Part shown: positions 53,006-64,000 of the stretch, in pieces
Numbering within the stretch: position 1 is the stretch's first letter
How the letters are laid out: each line of letters starts with the position of its first letter
Source of the DNA: Hemiscyllium ocellatum
Lineage: Eukaryota
Direction of reading: 5' to 3'
Assembly (NCBI RefSeq): GCF_020745735.1
Contig: NC_083419.1
Location: 41,810,085-41,874,084, forward strand
Length of the DNA stretch: 64,000 nucleotides
The notes under the pieces: model-generated
What the model was told of the DNA's origin: nothing
Database searches by the model: none
Seen by the model: the letters and a program-made list of their open reading frames with translations, nothing else
Translations under genes and position numbers: made by a program

Positions 53006-54304
53006 TTTAAATACGCCTTCTCCTGGGGTGGGACACGAGGAGGAAGTGAACAGACCTTGCTGCAAACCCTTCCCTAACTCCCTCAAGTGCAGGCAGGCAG
53101 TAACCAACAGCACTATCTGCTCAAAGACAAACCAGGCACATTCTTCTGTCTCCTACCAGTGTCACACTGCTCAGCACAGGGGAAACCAGGCTCAGTACAG
53201 CTCAGTTCCTACATATCAACACACACCGCTCCTCTACACCCTTAAGAGGAAATTACCTTTGCTGACTGAATAAATCCAGCTGAATTTTAAGTTTGCTAAA
53301 AAAAAACCCTGGTCAGCTTCAGCCTGAATTATTTCGACACCGTTTATTCGGCATTGCCCTCTCGTTCACATTGCCTGTCCTCAACTTGTATTCACTGCAC
53401 ATTTCCTGCATCAGCCAAATGCATGGTGCTCACTCTTTCCACCCTCTGTTTTGGGTTTATCGCTACCTGCTTCACAGTTCACAATACTTCCAAGTATTGG
53501 GTTACTTGCAATTTTGAAATTATCCAGTGCACACTCGAGTCTTGGCCGTTCATATGATTATATTAAAACAGCACAGTGGTCCTGACTTCTGGGGAACGCC
53601 ACTGTAAACCTTGTTCCAGTGAAAAAAGGAATCATTCACCATCATTTCCTCGTGTCAATCAGCCAACTTTCTACCCCGGTACCATCCTGTCATTGTCCCC
53701 ATTATTCGAATGGGCCTTAAATAACAGCGTTATACAACAGAATGTTTTCTTAACCGATTTCAGAGGGCAATTAAGAGTCAATCATACTGCTGTGAATCTG
53801 GAGACAGACTGGGTCCACATTTCCTGCCCTGACAGCCCTGGAGAATTTGATGGGTGTTTTTAATAATCCAATCATTTCATGGTTATTTTTAATGATGAAT
53901 CAATTGATTGAATATTAAACACTACTAGTTGCTACTGTGGGATTAATATGTCCAGTCTCATGGTTATCTGCTCCATCATCATTAAACTACCATCACCAAC
54001 CCTTACATTTTCCATTTGTGGAAATGTACCTCAACTGTACTTGAAATATCTGCTTGTTAAAGACAAATTATTTTTCCAGTATAGTTTTGTCTGTCTTTTT
54101 TAAATCTAATTTATCTACATCAGATTTATTCTCAACTGAAGTTGACCCTTTGTCAATTAATATTTCTATTCTTGATGTCCCCTTGGCTAATCTAAACTTT
54201 ACGACTCTATAATCACTGGTCTTTTTATTTGCTCATCAAAAATGTTCCCTGACACTCGATCCATTTGGCTCACTAGCCATTCAGTAATTCTTCTTGAATT
54301 ACTG

Positions 54305-54505
54305 AAAAATGCTGACTCCAGGATGCCTAAGTTGACAGGCAGGAGGCTGTAAGAACACAGCAAGTCAGGCAGCATCAGGAGGTGGAGAGGTCGTTGTTTT
54401 GGACCTGAAGCATCCACTTCTTCACCTCCTGATGCTACCTGGCTTGCTGTGTTCTTACAGCCTCCTGCCTGTCAACTTTGGATTCCAGCGTCTGCAGGTT
54501 TTTTG
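54305..54505. mobile_element. Fold-back short repeat (inverted arms about 56 bp or longer), PLE-tail-like
   Basis: AAGTTGACAGGCAGGAGGCTGTAAGAACACAGCAAG...GGAGGTG (54329-54384) pairs with 54423-54478. Confidence 0.8.
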
Positions 54506-54579
54506 CCCCCAACTCCAGGACTCCCGACCTCCAGGTGAACCCAGCATGGACTTGTCTGTTTTTATATTATTTTCTCTTT

Positions 54580-55050
54580 TAAAAAGGTTCAGAAAAAAAA
54601 TTACAAGGATGTTGCCAGGATTGGAGGGTTTGAGTTATAGGGACAGGCTTAATAGGCTGAGGCTGTTTTCCCTGGAGTGTCAGAGGCAGAGGGGTGACCT
54701 TATAGATGTTTATAAAATCATGAGGGGTATGGATAGGGTAAATAGATAAGGTCTTTTCAGAACTAGAGGGCATAGATTTAGGGTGAGAGGGGGAAAATAT
54801 AAAAGGGACCAAAGGGGCACTTTTTCACACAGAGAATAGTGTGTGTATGGACTGAGCTGCCAGAGGAAGTGATGGAGGCTGGTACAATTACAGCATTTAA
54901 AAGGCACCTGGATGGGTAGGTGAAGAGGAAGGCTTCGGAGGGACATGGGCCAAGTGCTCACAAATGGGACTAGGTTAGGTTAGGATATCTGATTGGCATG
55001 GATGAGCTTGATTGAAAGGTCTGTTTCTGTTCTGTACATCTCTATGACCC
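54580..55050 (+). mobile_element. CR1 LINE 3' fragment
   Basis: TRMLPGLEGLSYRDRLNRLRLFSLE..QRGDLIDVYKIMRG, with a ctctatgac tail. Confidence 0.9.
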
Positions 55051-55134
55051 TGCTATAGAAGGTCTGTAATCCTGAACTTTTAATTTTATTTTTCCCATTT
55101 ATACCAAAGACTTTGTATCTGGACGCCATAGTTC

Positions 55135-55475
55135 CCATAGAACCATAGAATCCCTACAGTGTGGAAACAGGCCCTCTGACCCAACAAGCCCACACTGACC
55201 CTCTAAAGAGTAACCCACCCAGACCCATTCCCATTCCCATTCCCCTACTAGTCTACATTTACCCCAGACTAATGACCTAACCTGCATATCCCTGAACACT
55301 ATGGGCAATTTAGCATGTCCAATTCACCTAACGTGTACATCGTTGGACTGGAGGAGGAAACCTACACAGACACAGCTAGAATGTGCAAACTCCACACAGA
55401 CATTCACCCAACGTTGGAATTGAACCTACATCCCTGGTTCTGTGAGGCAATAGTGCTAATCACTGAGCCACTGTG
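55135..55475 (-). mobile_element. HE1-type V-SINE
   Basis: Reverse-complement match to 60530-60850. Confidence 0.85.
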
Positions 55476-56224
55476 CGTTTGCAATTAAGATGTCGCCAGA
55501 AATGGTGACTTTGTACACTCTTCATTGTACTCATGCATTCCTGTACTTTAGTATACATGACAATAAAACATAACACAGCAATAAATTCTAACTTCTAAAA
55601 GCTCTTCTTCCCCTCAAGGCTTTTAGACTGTTAGTATCTCAGTTTAGATTTGGACAATTAAAGTCGAGCACCCACCTTATTACAATTAGCAATAATAACA
55701 GAAATTGCTGGAAAACATCATCAAGCCTGGCAGCATTTGTGGAGAGAAATCAGAGTTAACGTTCCGGGTGAAGTAACCCTTCCTCAGAACTGAGGAGACC
55801 TCTTGAGAACTCAGAGCTTTTCCAGCAATTTCTATTTTTGTTTCTGATTTACACATCTGCAGTTCTTTCGGTTTACATTATAATTAGTATCGCTTTTGTA
55901 CTTTTTTGTAACTTGTTGTTTTATGTCTTTCTATAATTGACAGAATAGACCCAATAAGGTAAACACTTTCTCCTATGTATCTGAGCTTTAACAAATAGAC
56001 ATTCAGTGTTGATCAATATGTTGCTATGACTCTCATTTTTGATTCTCTATCAATTATTTTTAATACCAGAGAATCCATAAAAAAGATTGACATCAACTAT
56101 TTTCACTTTCTGCTTTGCCTCCAGGAATGTGTTTGGGTTGTTCACCGAGGACTATGTTTACAGTCACACTCTCTATTGACACATCCACAGGAAGTGCACT
56201 CTGGAAACCACTTCATTCACATCA

Positions 56225-56800
56225 ACGGAGGGGGCGGGCGGGACCAGCCGCCTGTTATGCTTGACAGCTGATTGGCGGGGTCTGGTGATTGACATTGAGT
56301 AGGCGGGGGTCTGGTGATGGCACGGGGCCGCAGAAGGCCCCTTGGAGGGCGGAGTCTGGTGATTGTCAGCTGGAGGGGTTGGACTGGAGATTGACAGCAG
56401 GTGGGTGGAGTCTGAAGCGTAACGATGGGTGGGTGGAGTCTGGTGATTGACTACTGGAGGGCGGAGTCTATTGAATAACTTGGTGGGTTTGGTACTGGAG
56501 GCTGACTGCCGGTAGGTGGAGTCTGGAACGTATCTGCCGTTGGGTGGTGTCTGGTGATTGACTGTTGCAGGGCGGAGTCTATTGAATAACTTGGTGGGTT
56601 TGGTACTGGAGGCTGACTGCCGGTAGGTGGAGTCTGGAACGTATCTGCCGTTGGGTGGTGTCTGGTGATTGACTGTTGCAGGGCGGAGTCTGGTGATTCG
56701 CTGTTGGAAGTGTGGTACTGGCGGGGCTGTCTGCCGGTGGGCGGAGTCTGGAGATTGATCATGGGTGGGCGGAGTCTGGAGATTGACAGGTGGTGAGGCA
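56225..56800. promoter_or_regulatory. GC-rich TATA-less promoter array between MCAT and TSPO
   Basis: Local CpG enrichment, many GGGCGG/GGGTGG boxes, an inverted CCAAT (CTGATTGG near 56268) and repeated TGATTGAC motifs. It lies between the divergent genes. Confidence 0.7.
56439..56698 (+). repeat. 111-bp tandem duplication (about 2.3 copies) built on a shorter GGGCGGAGTCTGGTGATTGAC unit
   Basis: GCGGAGTCTATTGAATAAC recurs at 56461 and 56572 (period 111) with near-identical copies. Confidence 0.92.
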
Positions 56801-56816
56801 AGCGGACAGTGTGGAG
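56780..56816 (+). other. TSPO: Probable non-coding first exon of TSPO (5' end uncertain)
   Basis: Consensus donor GAG|GTAAGT at 56816/56817 directly after the GC-box array, and a second donor CCG|GTAAGA at 56913/56914. The ATG exon starts with an acceptor 9 nt before the ATG, so an upstream exon is required. Confidence 0.6.
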
Positions 56817-59800
56817 GTAAGTGTCCAGAATTTGAGTTGCAGGTTTAGGAGCTAGGTCACAGCATTAGGCTGTGGAGTGAGAAGGTGTAGAGAAAGTGTC
56901 CTTCACGTCTCCGGTAAGAGCAAAAGATGCTGAATTTTACATTTAGATCTTTATTTGTCTTCATCATGTCTTATTCTTTATTTCTTGATATTTTAAGTCA
57001 GTTTATACAATTAAACTGCTGAGAATTAGTTTCTCCCAGGGTCTAACAATGTAAAACCCTCTGTCTAATGAATGGAACTTTCAGATATTTATGTTGTTTT
57101 TGAAGTTGCATAACTTTCTGCCTGGTGTAGCCTGTGATTGGTCAAGCTGGTTACACCAGCCTTGTCGTGTAACACAAGATTTGGTATGTGGCAACTCCTT
57201 TTGTTCATTTGTTATAACAAAAGCCCAGTGCACGCCATCTGCATTGTAGTCACTTCACATAGTTTATGGGAGTACTTCTGTGTAGAATCACAGAAATATT
57301 GCAGTGTGAGTTATGGCACCTGGGTAATGGTAACGATCCTAACTCTTATTGTCGTGTGTGCATTGTAGTCCCAGAAATGAACCACCGCCCCAAGCTTTGA
57401 AAGCTAATTTAAAAAGTTCTTAGATAAAGAGTTTTAATAAATGATCCATGAAGGTCTTGCACCTTTGTTTTAATGAATTCCCAGAGTTATACTCTGTTCC
57501 GTTATTAGAAATAATTTCTTTGGACTTTCAGCATCTACAAAACTTTACTTATATTTAATATTATATTCATTTATTTATGTTGCCTCAGTGAGATGAAATA
57601 TGTTCACACTTCTCTGCAGTAAATTTCATCTGACTTGTGTCTGCCATTTTCACTAATCTGTCTGTCCTCTTGGCTGATCAGTGTACATCACCTCCTCCCA
57701 CTATGTTAGCCTTACCGCCTGGCTTGGCTGCTGAGGAGCCACAGGACTGAGCATGACCCACTTCTCAGACTGCACAGGGCCCCTGACCAATGTCACCCCA
57801 ATAGACTGGCCAATCGCCTGACAGGTGATTCCATGGACTTTGGTGAGAACTGTTCCCCTAAGACTTTGAGAGGTGCTGCTTGCTTGCTGCATGTGCAGTG
57901 TGTTTGCCACATAAAGTACTGGTACATGTGTATTGTAAGAGTGATGTATCACACTGCTACACAGTGTCTGAGGACTGCTGACCACCTTGTGACTACTCTA
58001 ATTTCCACAAGGCAAACTGAGGCTTCGATGCTGTGGGCATGCAGATAGGTGCCGACTGAGCACAGAGACAGCAGGTGAGCACTCTGAAAACCAGCCTGGT
58101 CCAAGTGTGAACTGGCTGTGCCTGATCAGTATATCAGGGTACACATGACAGTGCAAATCTGTGCTTCCAGAGCTCCCTACAAGTGGAACATGGTATGACA
58201 TAATGATAGTGTGAGGGGTTGGCAAATGTCAGAAGAGGGATGAATGTGGCTGGAATCTATGAATCATGCCCTGAGAGGCTGTTTGCTCCTGAGCAACATG
58301 GAGGCCCCTTGCAGCCAGCGGCGAGCTGAAGTCGCCTGGTACCCGCTCAGAATTCCATATTGCGAATTCTCAACATTGGGTAAAATAGGAAGCTGAATAT
58401 TTGATGCAAAACTTGTCCCACCTCTTAGTAAAAGCATAAAAGGTAATGCAACATGCTCCTTAGGTGAAGATAGGCCTCACCAAACTTTTCACATGATTCT
58501 GCCACAAATCTTGCCATAACCCATGTCACTTAGATGCTGCCTTTAGAAACTGCTTTACGTGCAACTCTGAGTAAATCTATGTATCAGTTGTCATATTGTA
58601 CAAACACAGCTTCTTTTTCCCTAAAAGTAAAGACTGAGTCTATTTCCTTTGTCAATAATATTCTTCTCTTCTGTCCTTACCAAAGGTCAGTTCCTCCCAT
58701 GTGAAGCTTCTTCATATTCATACCTGGATGATGAATGTCAGCAGGCCATCTAACAGCAGATGAAGAGAATAGCCAGCTAAAATAGATAGTCATTAGTGGC
58801 AACAACTCTGAAGTCAAATGGTTATCTTAGCTTCAAAATTGAATAACCAACTTCACAGGAAAAAGGAAAAACTCACTGCTGTGCACTTTAGAAGGATATC
58901 AGCTGGAGCACCAGTGATCAGCATGACTCCTCTGCATCAGTCAGTATCTTTGTGATGAATAAAATAGGAATTTAGCTTATATTTTATAGAAACTGAATTG
59001 TGAAGCAGAGGTTTACACAAGCAATTAAGAAGTCAGATTCCATCTCTCTCCCAAACCACTGTTTTAGTTGTTCTATTTCAGCAAGTTGAGCTTTTGACAA
59101 CACCACCTCTCCATCACATACACCACTTACTCCTTCCATTACATCAACTTTCAATCTACATAACATTAAAATGTACCTGTATGCTTATGTCACCTCCAGA
59201 TTCAGTTCCTCCAGTGCAGCCTCCCAGTTCCATTCTACGTAAACCTCAGTAAATTGAAAATCCTGCTGTCCATATTCCAGCCATTGCAAGGCCTGTCACT
59301 CATCATCAAATTTTTGCTGTTGGCTCCTGGGCCTCTAATGCCCATCCTTGCAAATAAATTCCTCACATCCTCATCCCTGAACACATTGCAAACTTCTTCA
59401 GCCCTTCTGTGGCCTTGTTTGCATCCTTTTTTTACAAAACCGTTTCAGCCATTCCTCTCGCCTCCTAAGCCCTAAACATTCAAATTCCCTCCCTCAACGC
59501 TTCTATCTCTGCACTTCTCTCCCTTTTAAAATACTTTCTGAAAGCTGTCCCTGATTAAAACCTTAGTAAACCCCTTAATACATCTTCCTATGGTTTGGCA
59601 GTAATTTTGATTATACTTCTAAGAAGGGACTAGGGATATTTTATTCTATATTAAAGATGCTGTGTAAATGTAAGTTATTGTCTCTCCTGCAGAAGTGGTT
59701 CTGGTCTGATCTTCATGGCCTTATTTGTTCAACTATTCTCCTGCCTGAGCCTGAACAGCAGCTTTGAGTCCATCCAATTCTGACTTTGACTGACTAACTG

Positions 59801-59929
59801 ATACTAGAAATATATTGGACAGGTGTGGTGCTCCTTGGGTTAGGGATACAAATTCAGCCTGGATTATCCAGAAACCTGACTGATTTGTTTTCCCATATTT
59901 CCCCATAGCCAAAAGGAAAGATCAACAAG

Positions 59930-60530
59930 GACTTCAGCCAGTGGGCTAAGGAGTGGCAGATGGAGTTTAATTTAGATAAATGTGAGGTGCTGCATTTTGG
60001 GAAAGCAAATCAGAGCATGATGTAATGGTAAGATCCTAGGGATTCTCGCTGAACAAAGAGACCTGGTAGTGCAGGTTCATAGTTCCTTGAAAGTATAGTC
60101 ATGGGTAGATAGGATAGTGAAGGTGGTGTTTGGTATGTTGTCCTTTATTGGTCAGAGCATTAAGTATAGGAATTGGGAGGTCTTGTTGCAGTTGTACATT
60201 GGTTAGACCACATTTGGAATATTGTGTGCAATTCTAGTCTGGGGCTGTTTTTCCCTGGAGAGTCGGAGGCTTCGCAGTGACTTACAGAGGTGTATAAAAT
60301 CATAGGGGCACGGATAGGATAAATAGACAAAGTCTTTTTCATGGGGTGGGTGAATCCAGAACCAGAGGGCATAGGTTTAGGGTGAGAGGTGAAATATATA
60401 AAAGGGACCTAAGGTGTAGCTTTTTCATGCAGAGGTGGTGCATGCATGGAATGAGCTGCCAGAGGAAGTGGTGGAGGCTGGTACAATTGCAGCACTTAAA
60501 AGACATATGGATGAGTATATGAATAAGAAG
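59930..60530 (+). mobile_element. CR1 LINE 3' fragment in TSPO intron 1
   Basis: WQMEFNLDKCEVLHFG-coding sequence through the 3' region, with internal deletions. Confidence 0.9.
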
Positions 60531-60850
60531 GGGCGGCACGGTGGTACAGTGGTTAGCACTGCTGCCTCACGGCGCCTGAGACCTGGGTTCAATTCCCGAC
60601 TCAGTCGACTGACTGTGTGGAGTTTGCACGTTCTCCCCGTGTCTGCGTGGGTTTCCTCCGGGTGCTCCGGTTTCCTCCCACAGTCCAAAGATGTGCGGGT
60701 CAAGTGAATTGGCCATGCTAAATTGCCCGTAGTGTTAGGTAAAGGGGTAATGTAGGGGTATGGGTGGGTTGCGCTTCGGCGGGTCGGTGTGGACTTGTTG
60801 GGCCAAAGGGCCTGTATCCACACTGTAAGTAATCTAATCTAATCTCTATG
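60530..60850 (+). mobile_element. Full-length HE1-type tRNA-derived V-SINE
   Basis: A box TGGTACAGTGG, B box GGTTCAATTCC, V-SINE core GTGTGGAGTTTGCACGTTCTCCCCGTGTCTGCGTGGGTTTCCTCCGGGTGCTCCGGTTTCCTCCCACAGTCCAAAGA and an (AATCT)n tail. CpGs are retained, suggesting a young copy. Confidence 0.9.
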
Positions 60851-61860
60851 ACTCGAACTTAAGCTTCCATTTTTGAGATGTCAATTAAATACATCAGAAA
60901 TCTAAGTTGGTGTTTCCCTTTACACATCACACAATTTCAAGCAAATGGAGTTTATTACTTTTAACCTTTTATTAATATGTTTATTAACAAAGTCACTGGG
61001 GATCACACTTTAAACCAAATCCTTTTTAACATATGTGATTAAATTATTTCTGTGGGCTCTTTTTCCTTCATGCACCTTTGTTGAATAATGGTGTTAGAGT
61101 CATACAGCAAGGAAACAGACTCTTTGGTCTCAGCTTGGAGATATTTTCTAATCAACCTATTCAAAGATGTTATGATAAACCTGTGGAGCAGGTGGGATTT
61201 GAACCAGCCCCCACTGGCTCAGAGATAGGGACAATACCACTAGACAACAAGAGATCTCTAATAATGGTTTTGCATCCTGCAAATACATTTGTGGTACTGG
61301 AAACATTGATTGAATATATGTCATGTATTCAAAGATATATTAGCATAATTGGGGAAAAAAATTGAAGAAACTATTCAGTTTACTGTAGAAACTGACCTTC
61401 AGCTGGTCCATTTTGCAACTTGAAGGAAATTTGCTATATTGTTGCATGTAATGTTGAATTGTTAGAATGGAATATGGTTACAAAATGTATTCATGAAGTT
61501 CTGAGCCCTCTGAAAGATTCTATTAGATATGTGTTCAGTATAACTGAGTTCAAATTCTTCATTTAATAATTCCTGGTGCTAAATGGAAAGATATGGAAAA
61601 ACACAGATCAGCAATCAAATTCTTCTTTGAAGAATAGAGATCATAGATGCACACTATGAACAAAGTAATTTTCATTAAGCATTAATATTAATTAATATAG
61701 CATTTTAATATTGCTTTTATGATTTACCTGCCAAGAGCATCAGCTGTAAACACACAACCTACATTTGTAAAGAAAAACATGAATTTAATCCAAGATTTGA
61801 AGACGTTAAAACAAAACATTTAAAGTCATTACATCTGCTTGTCTCACTTAGATTAACAAC

Positions 61861-62042
61861 ATGCCATCAACTTGGGTACATGCTTTTGGTTTCACTTTAT
61901 TGCCAAACGTGGGAGGAATTTTTGGTTCTCGGATAACACGGAAAGAAATTGCTGGTTGGTATGCAACTCTCAAAAAACCATCTTGGTGCCCCCCTAACTG
62001 GGTTTTTGGTCCCGTTTGGACAACTTTATACACTAGCATGGG
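61861..62042 (+). CDS. TSPO: TSPO (18-kDa translocator protein) first coding exon; the gene continues beyond the window
   Basis: MPSTWVHAFGFTLLPNVGGIFGSRITRKEIAGWYATLKKPSWCPPNWVFGPVWTTLYTSMG carries the TspO/MBR signature WY..L.KP.W.PP.W.FGPVW..LY..MG. Acceptor tctcacttag| at 61851/61852 and phase-2 donor GG|GTATGT at 62042/62043. Confidence 0.96.
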
Positions 62043-62614
62043 GTATGTATCTACTTAATTATGTAATCCATTAGCTCTTACTTTCTTTTGTAGAATAAGT
62101 TTTTCCTTGGCCTGTTCCAAAATATGCAGTATCTAATATTCTTGAAGAATGGTTAGCTGAGTTGAAACTTTTCCACAATGAACTAAGACATGTATGGTGT
62201 GTGAATGTACTTTCTTTGGTTATGCTGATTTAACCCTGTTTTAAGTACAGTTAACGAGATTCTGATAAGGATCTTGTATGTAACCCAGGCAAAATCAATC
62301 AAATGTTAGATTTTAATGAACATTTCAAAAGTTGGAGAGAAAGGTATGGGGAATTGAAGAGGTTTCAAAGGGACTTTCAGAGTTTAGGTTGAGTGAGACC
62401 ATGAAAAATCTTTTTCAAATAATAATCTTTGCATATCCATGCAAAACAACATAACTGCACTTCATGATAACTTAACTGCTGTGAATATTTTTGGTATGTC
62501 ATGAAACTGTCATTGTTTTTAAAATTGAGTCAGAAATTCCTTTTTTAGTCTGTACAGTTGATGATCCCATAGCGTTTTGCAGATTATTTATTCTTCAGAA
62601 AGTGTTCATCAGCC

Positions 62615-63040
62615 ATAGTCATCGAGTCAGACAGCATGGAAACAGACCATTTGGTCCAACCAATCCATGCTGACCATGTTCCCAAACTAAACTAATCCCT
62701 CATGCTTGCATTTGGCCCACACCACCTCAAATCTTTCCTATTCATGTCCTTATCCAAATGTTTTTAAAATGTTGTAACTGTGCCTGCACCAACCAATTTC
62801 TCTAGCAGTTCATTCCACATACAAACAACTCTTTATAAAATGGTTGTCCCTTATGTCCTTTTAAATCTTTCTCCTGTCACCTTACAATTATGCCCCCTAT
62901 TGAAAACCCCCACCTTAGGGAAAAGACTCTTGTCATTCACATTATCTATGCCCCTCATGATTTTGCAAATGTTTCTCAGGTCATCCCACACAATATCTCA
63001 CATTTAATCTCCATCTGCCACACCTCAGCGCATTGACCCA
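62615..63040 (-). mobile_element. CR1 3'-end fragment in TSPO intron 2
   Basis: Matches the other CR1 3' ends in the window. Confidence 0.85.
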
Positions 63041-63204
63041 AAGGATCGCCTCATTCAGGTTGGCAAATTGATTTTTTTTGAAAAATTAATATTTATAATA
63101 TCTGGAGATGAGAAAGTGCAAACATGATAGAAGCCACCTCTTTCACCAGATGTAATTGCAGCTTGTATGCCTGTATGTACAATTCTATGACACTAACCAT
63201 CTTG

Positions 63205-64000
63205 TTATAGAGTCATAGAGATGTATAACATGGAAACAGACCCTTCGGTCCAACTTATCCAACCCAACCAGATATCCCAACCCAATCTAGTCCTTCTGCC
63301 AGCGCCGACCCATATCCCTCCAACCCTTCCTATTCATATACACATCCAGATGCCTTTTAAATGCTGCAATTGTACCAGCCTCCACCACTTGCTCTGACAG
63401 CTCATTCCATACACGAACCACCCTCTGTGAAGAAGTTACCCTTTAGGTCTCTTTTATAAGTTTCCCCTGTCACCCTAAACTTTGCCCTCTAGTTTGGGAT
63501 TCCCCCACACCACGGAAAAGACTTTGTCTATTTATCTTATCTATACCCCTGATGATTTTATAAACCTCTATAAGGTCACCCTTCAGCCTCTGACACTCCA
63601 GGGAAAACAGCCCTAGCATATTCAACCTCTCCCTATAGCTCAAATCCTCCAACCCTGGCAACATCCTTGTAAATCTTTTCTGGGCCCTTTCAAGTCTCAC
63701 GGCATTTTTCTGATAGGAAGGAGACCAGAATTGCATGCAATATTCCAACAGTGGCCTAACCAATGTCCTGTACAGCCACAATATGACCTCCCAACTCCTA
63801 TACTCAATACTCTGACCAATAAAGGAAAGCATACCAAGCACCTCCTTCACTATCCTATCTACCTGCGACTCCACTTTCAAGGAACTATGAATCTGCATTC
63901 CAAGGTCTCTTTGTTCAGCAACACTCTTTAGGACTTTACTATTAATGTATAAGTCCTGCTAAGATTTGCTTTTCCAAAATGCAGCACCTCACATTTATCT
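63205..64000 (-). mobile_element. CR1 LINE 3' portion in TSPO intron 2 (runs off the window)
   Basis: ORF 63470-63898 LYRTLVRPLLEYCMQFWSP...RLKGDLIEVYKII. Confidence 0.93.

Noticed and set aside
52716-53273. 185-aa plus-strand ORF overlapping MCAT exon 1
   Set aside because: It is the antisense shadow of a GC-rich coding exon, starts at a non-ATG codon and has no recognisable domain.
56280-56790. Repeat-spacer-like periodicity reminiscent of a CRISPR array
   Set aside because: The context is eukaryotic, the units are degenerate, the intervening sequences are themselves duplicated, and no cas genes are present.
56451-56801. 116-aa ORF with an internal 37-aa repeat
   Set aside because: It is a by-product of the 111-bp (3x37) tandem duplication in the promoter array, with no coding evidence.
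60530-60605. tRNA-like sequence with A and B boxes
   Set aside because: It is the head of a V-SINE, continuing into the SINE core and tail, and not a tRNA gene.

Overview
This is eukaryotic, repeat-rich vertebrate DNA. HE1-type V-SINEs, CR1 LINEs and Penelope-like elements point to a cartilaginous fish (shark), which is an inference. Two genes are well supported and lie head-to-head, as in human 22q13. MCAT (mitochondrial malonyl-CoA:ACP transacylase) is complete on the minus strand, with 4 coding exons (53005-52550, 43044-42957, 41400-41183, 37461-37039) giving 394 aa. The 5' part of TSPO is on the plus strand (coding exon 61861-62042). A GC-box/TGATTGAC tandem array at about 56.2-56.8 kb between them is the likely promoter. 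The left 36 kb has no recognisable protein-coding exon, and the BIK gene expected from human synteny was not found. The most notable non-genic signals are: (1) about ten Penelope-derived inserts from several families carrying minimal hammerhead-ribozyme motifs, several as fold-back inserts with long target-site duplications (TSDs); (2) a near-perfect 208-bp inverted duplication plus shorter local templated copies; (3) an ancient, collapsed Gypsy-type LTR element with nested insertions; (4) inverted CR1 copies bracketing TSPO exon 2. No convincingly novel protein-coding system was found. Most ORFs in the track are chance ORFs or transposon debris.
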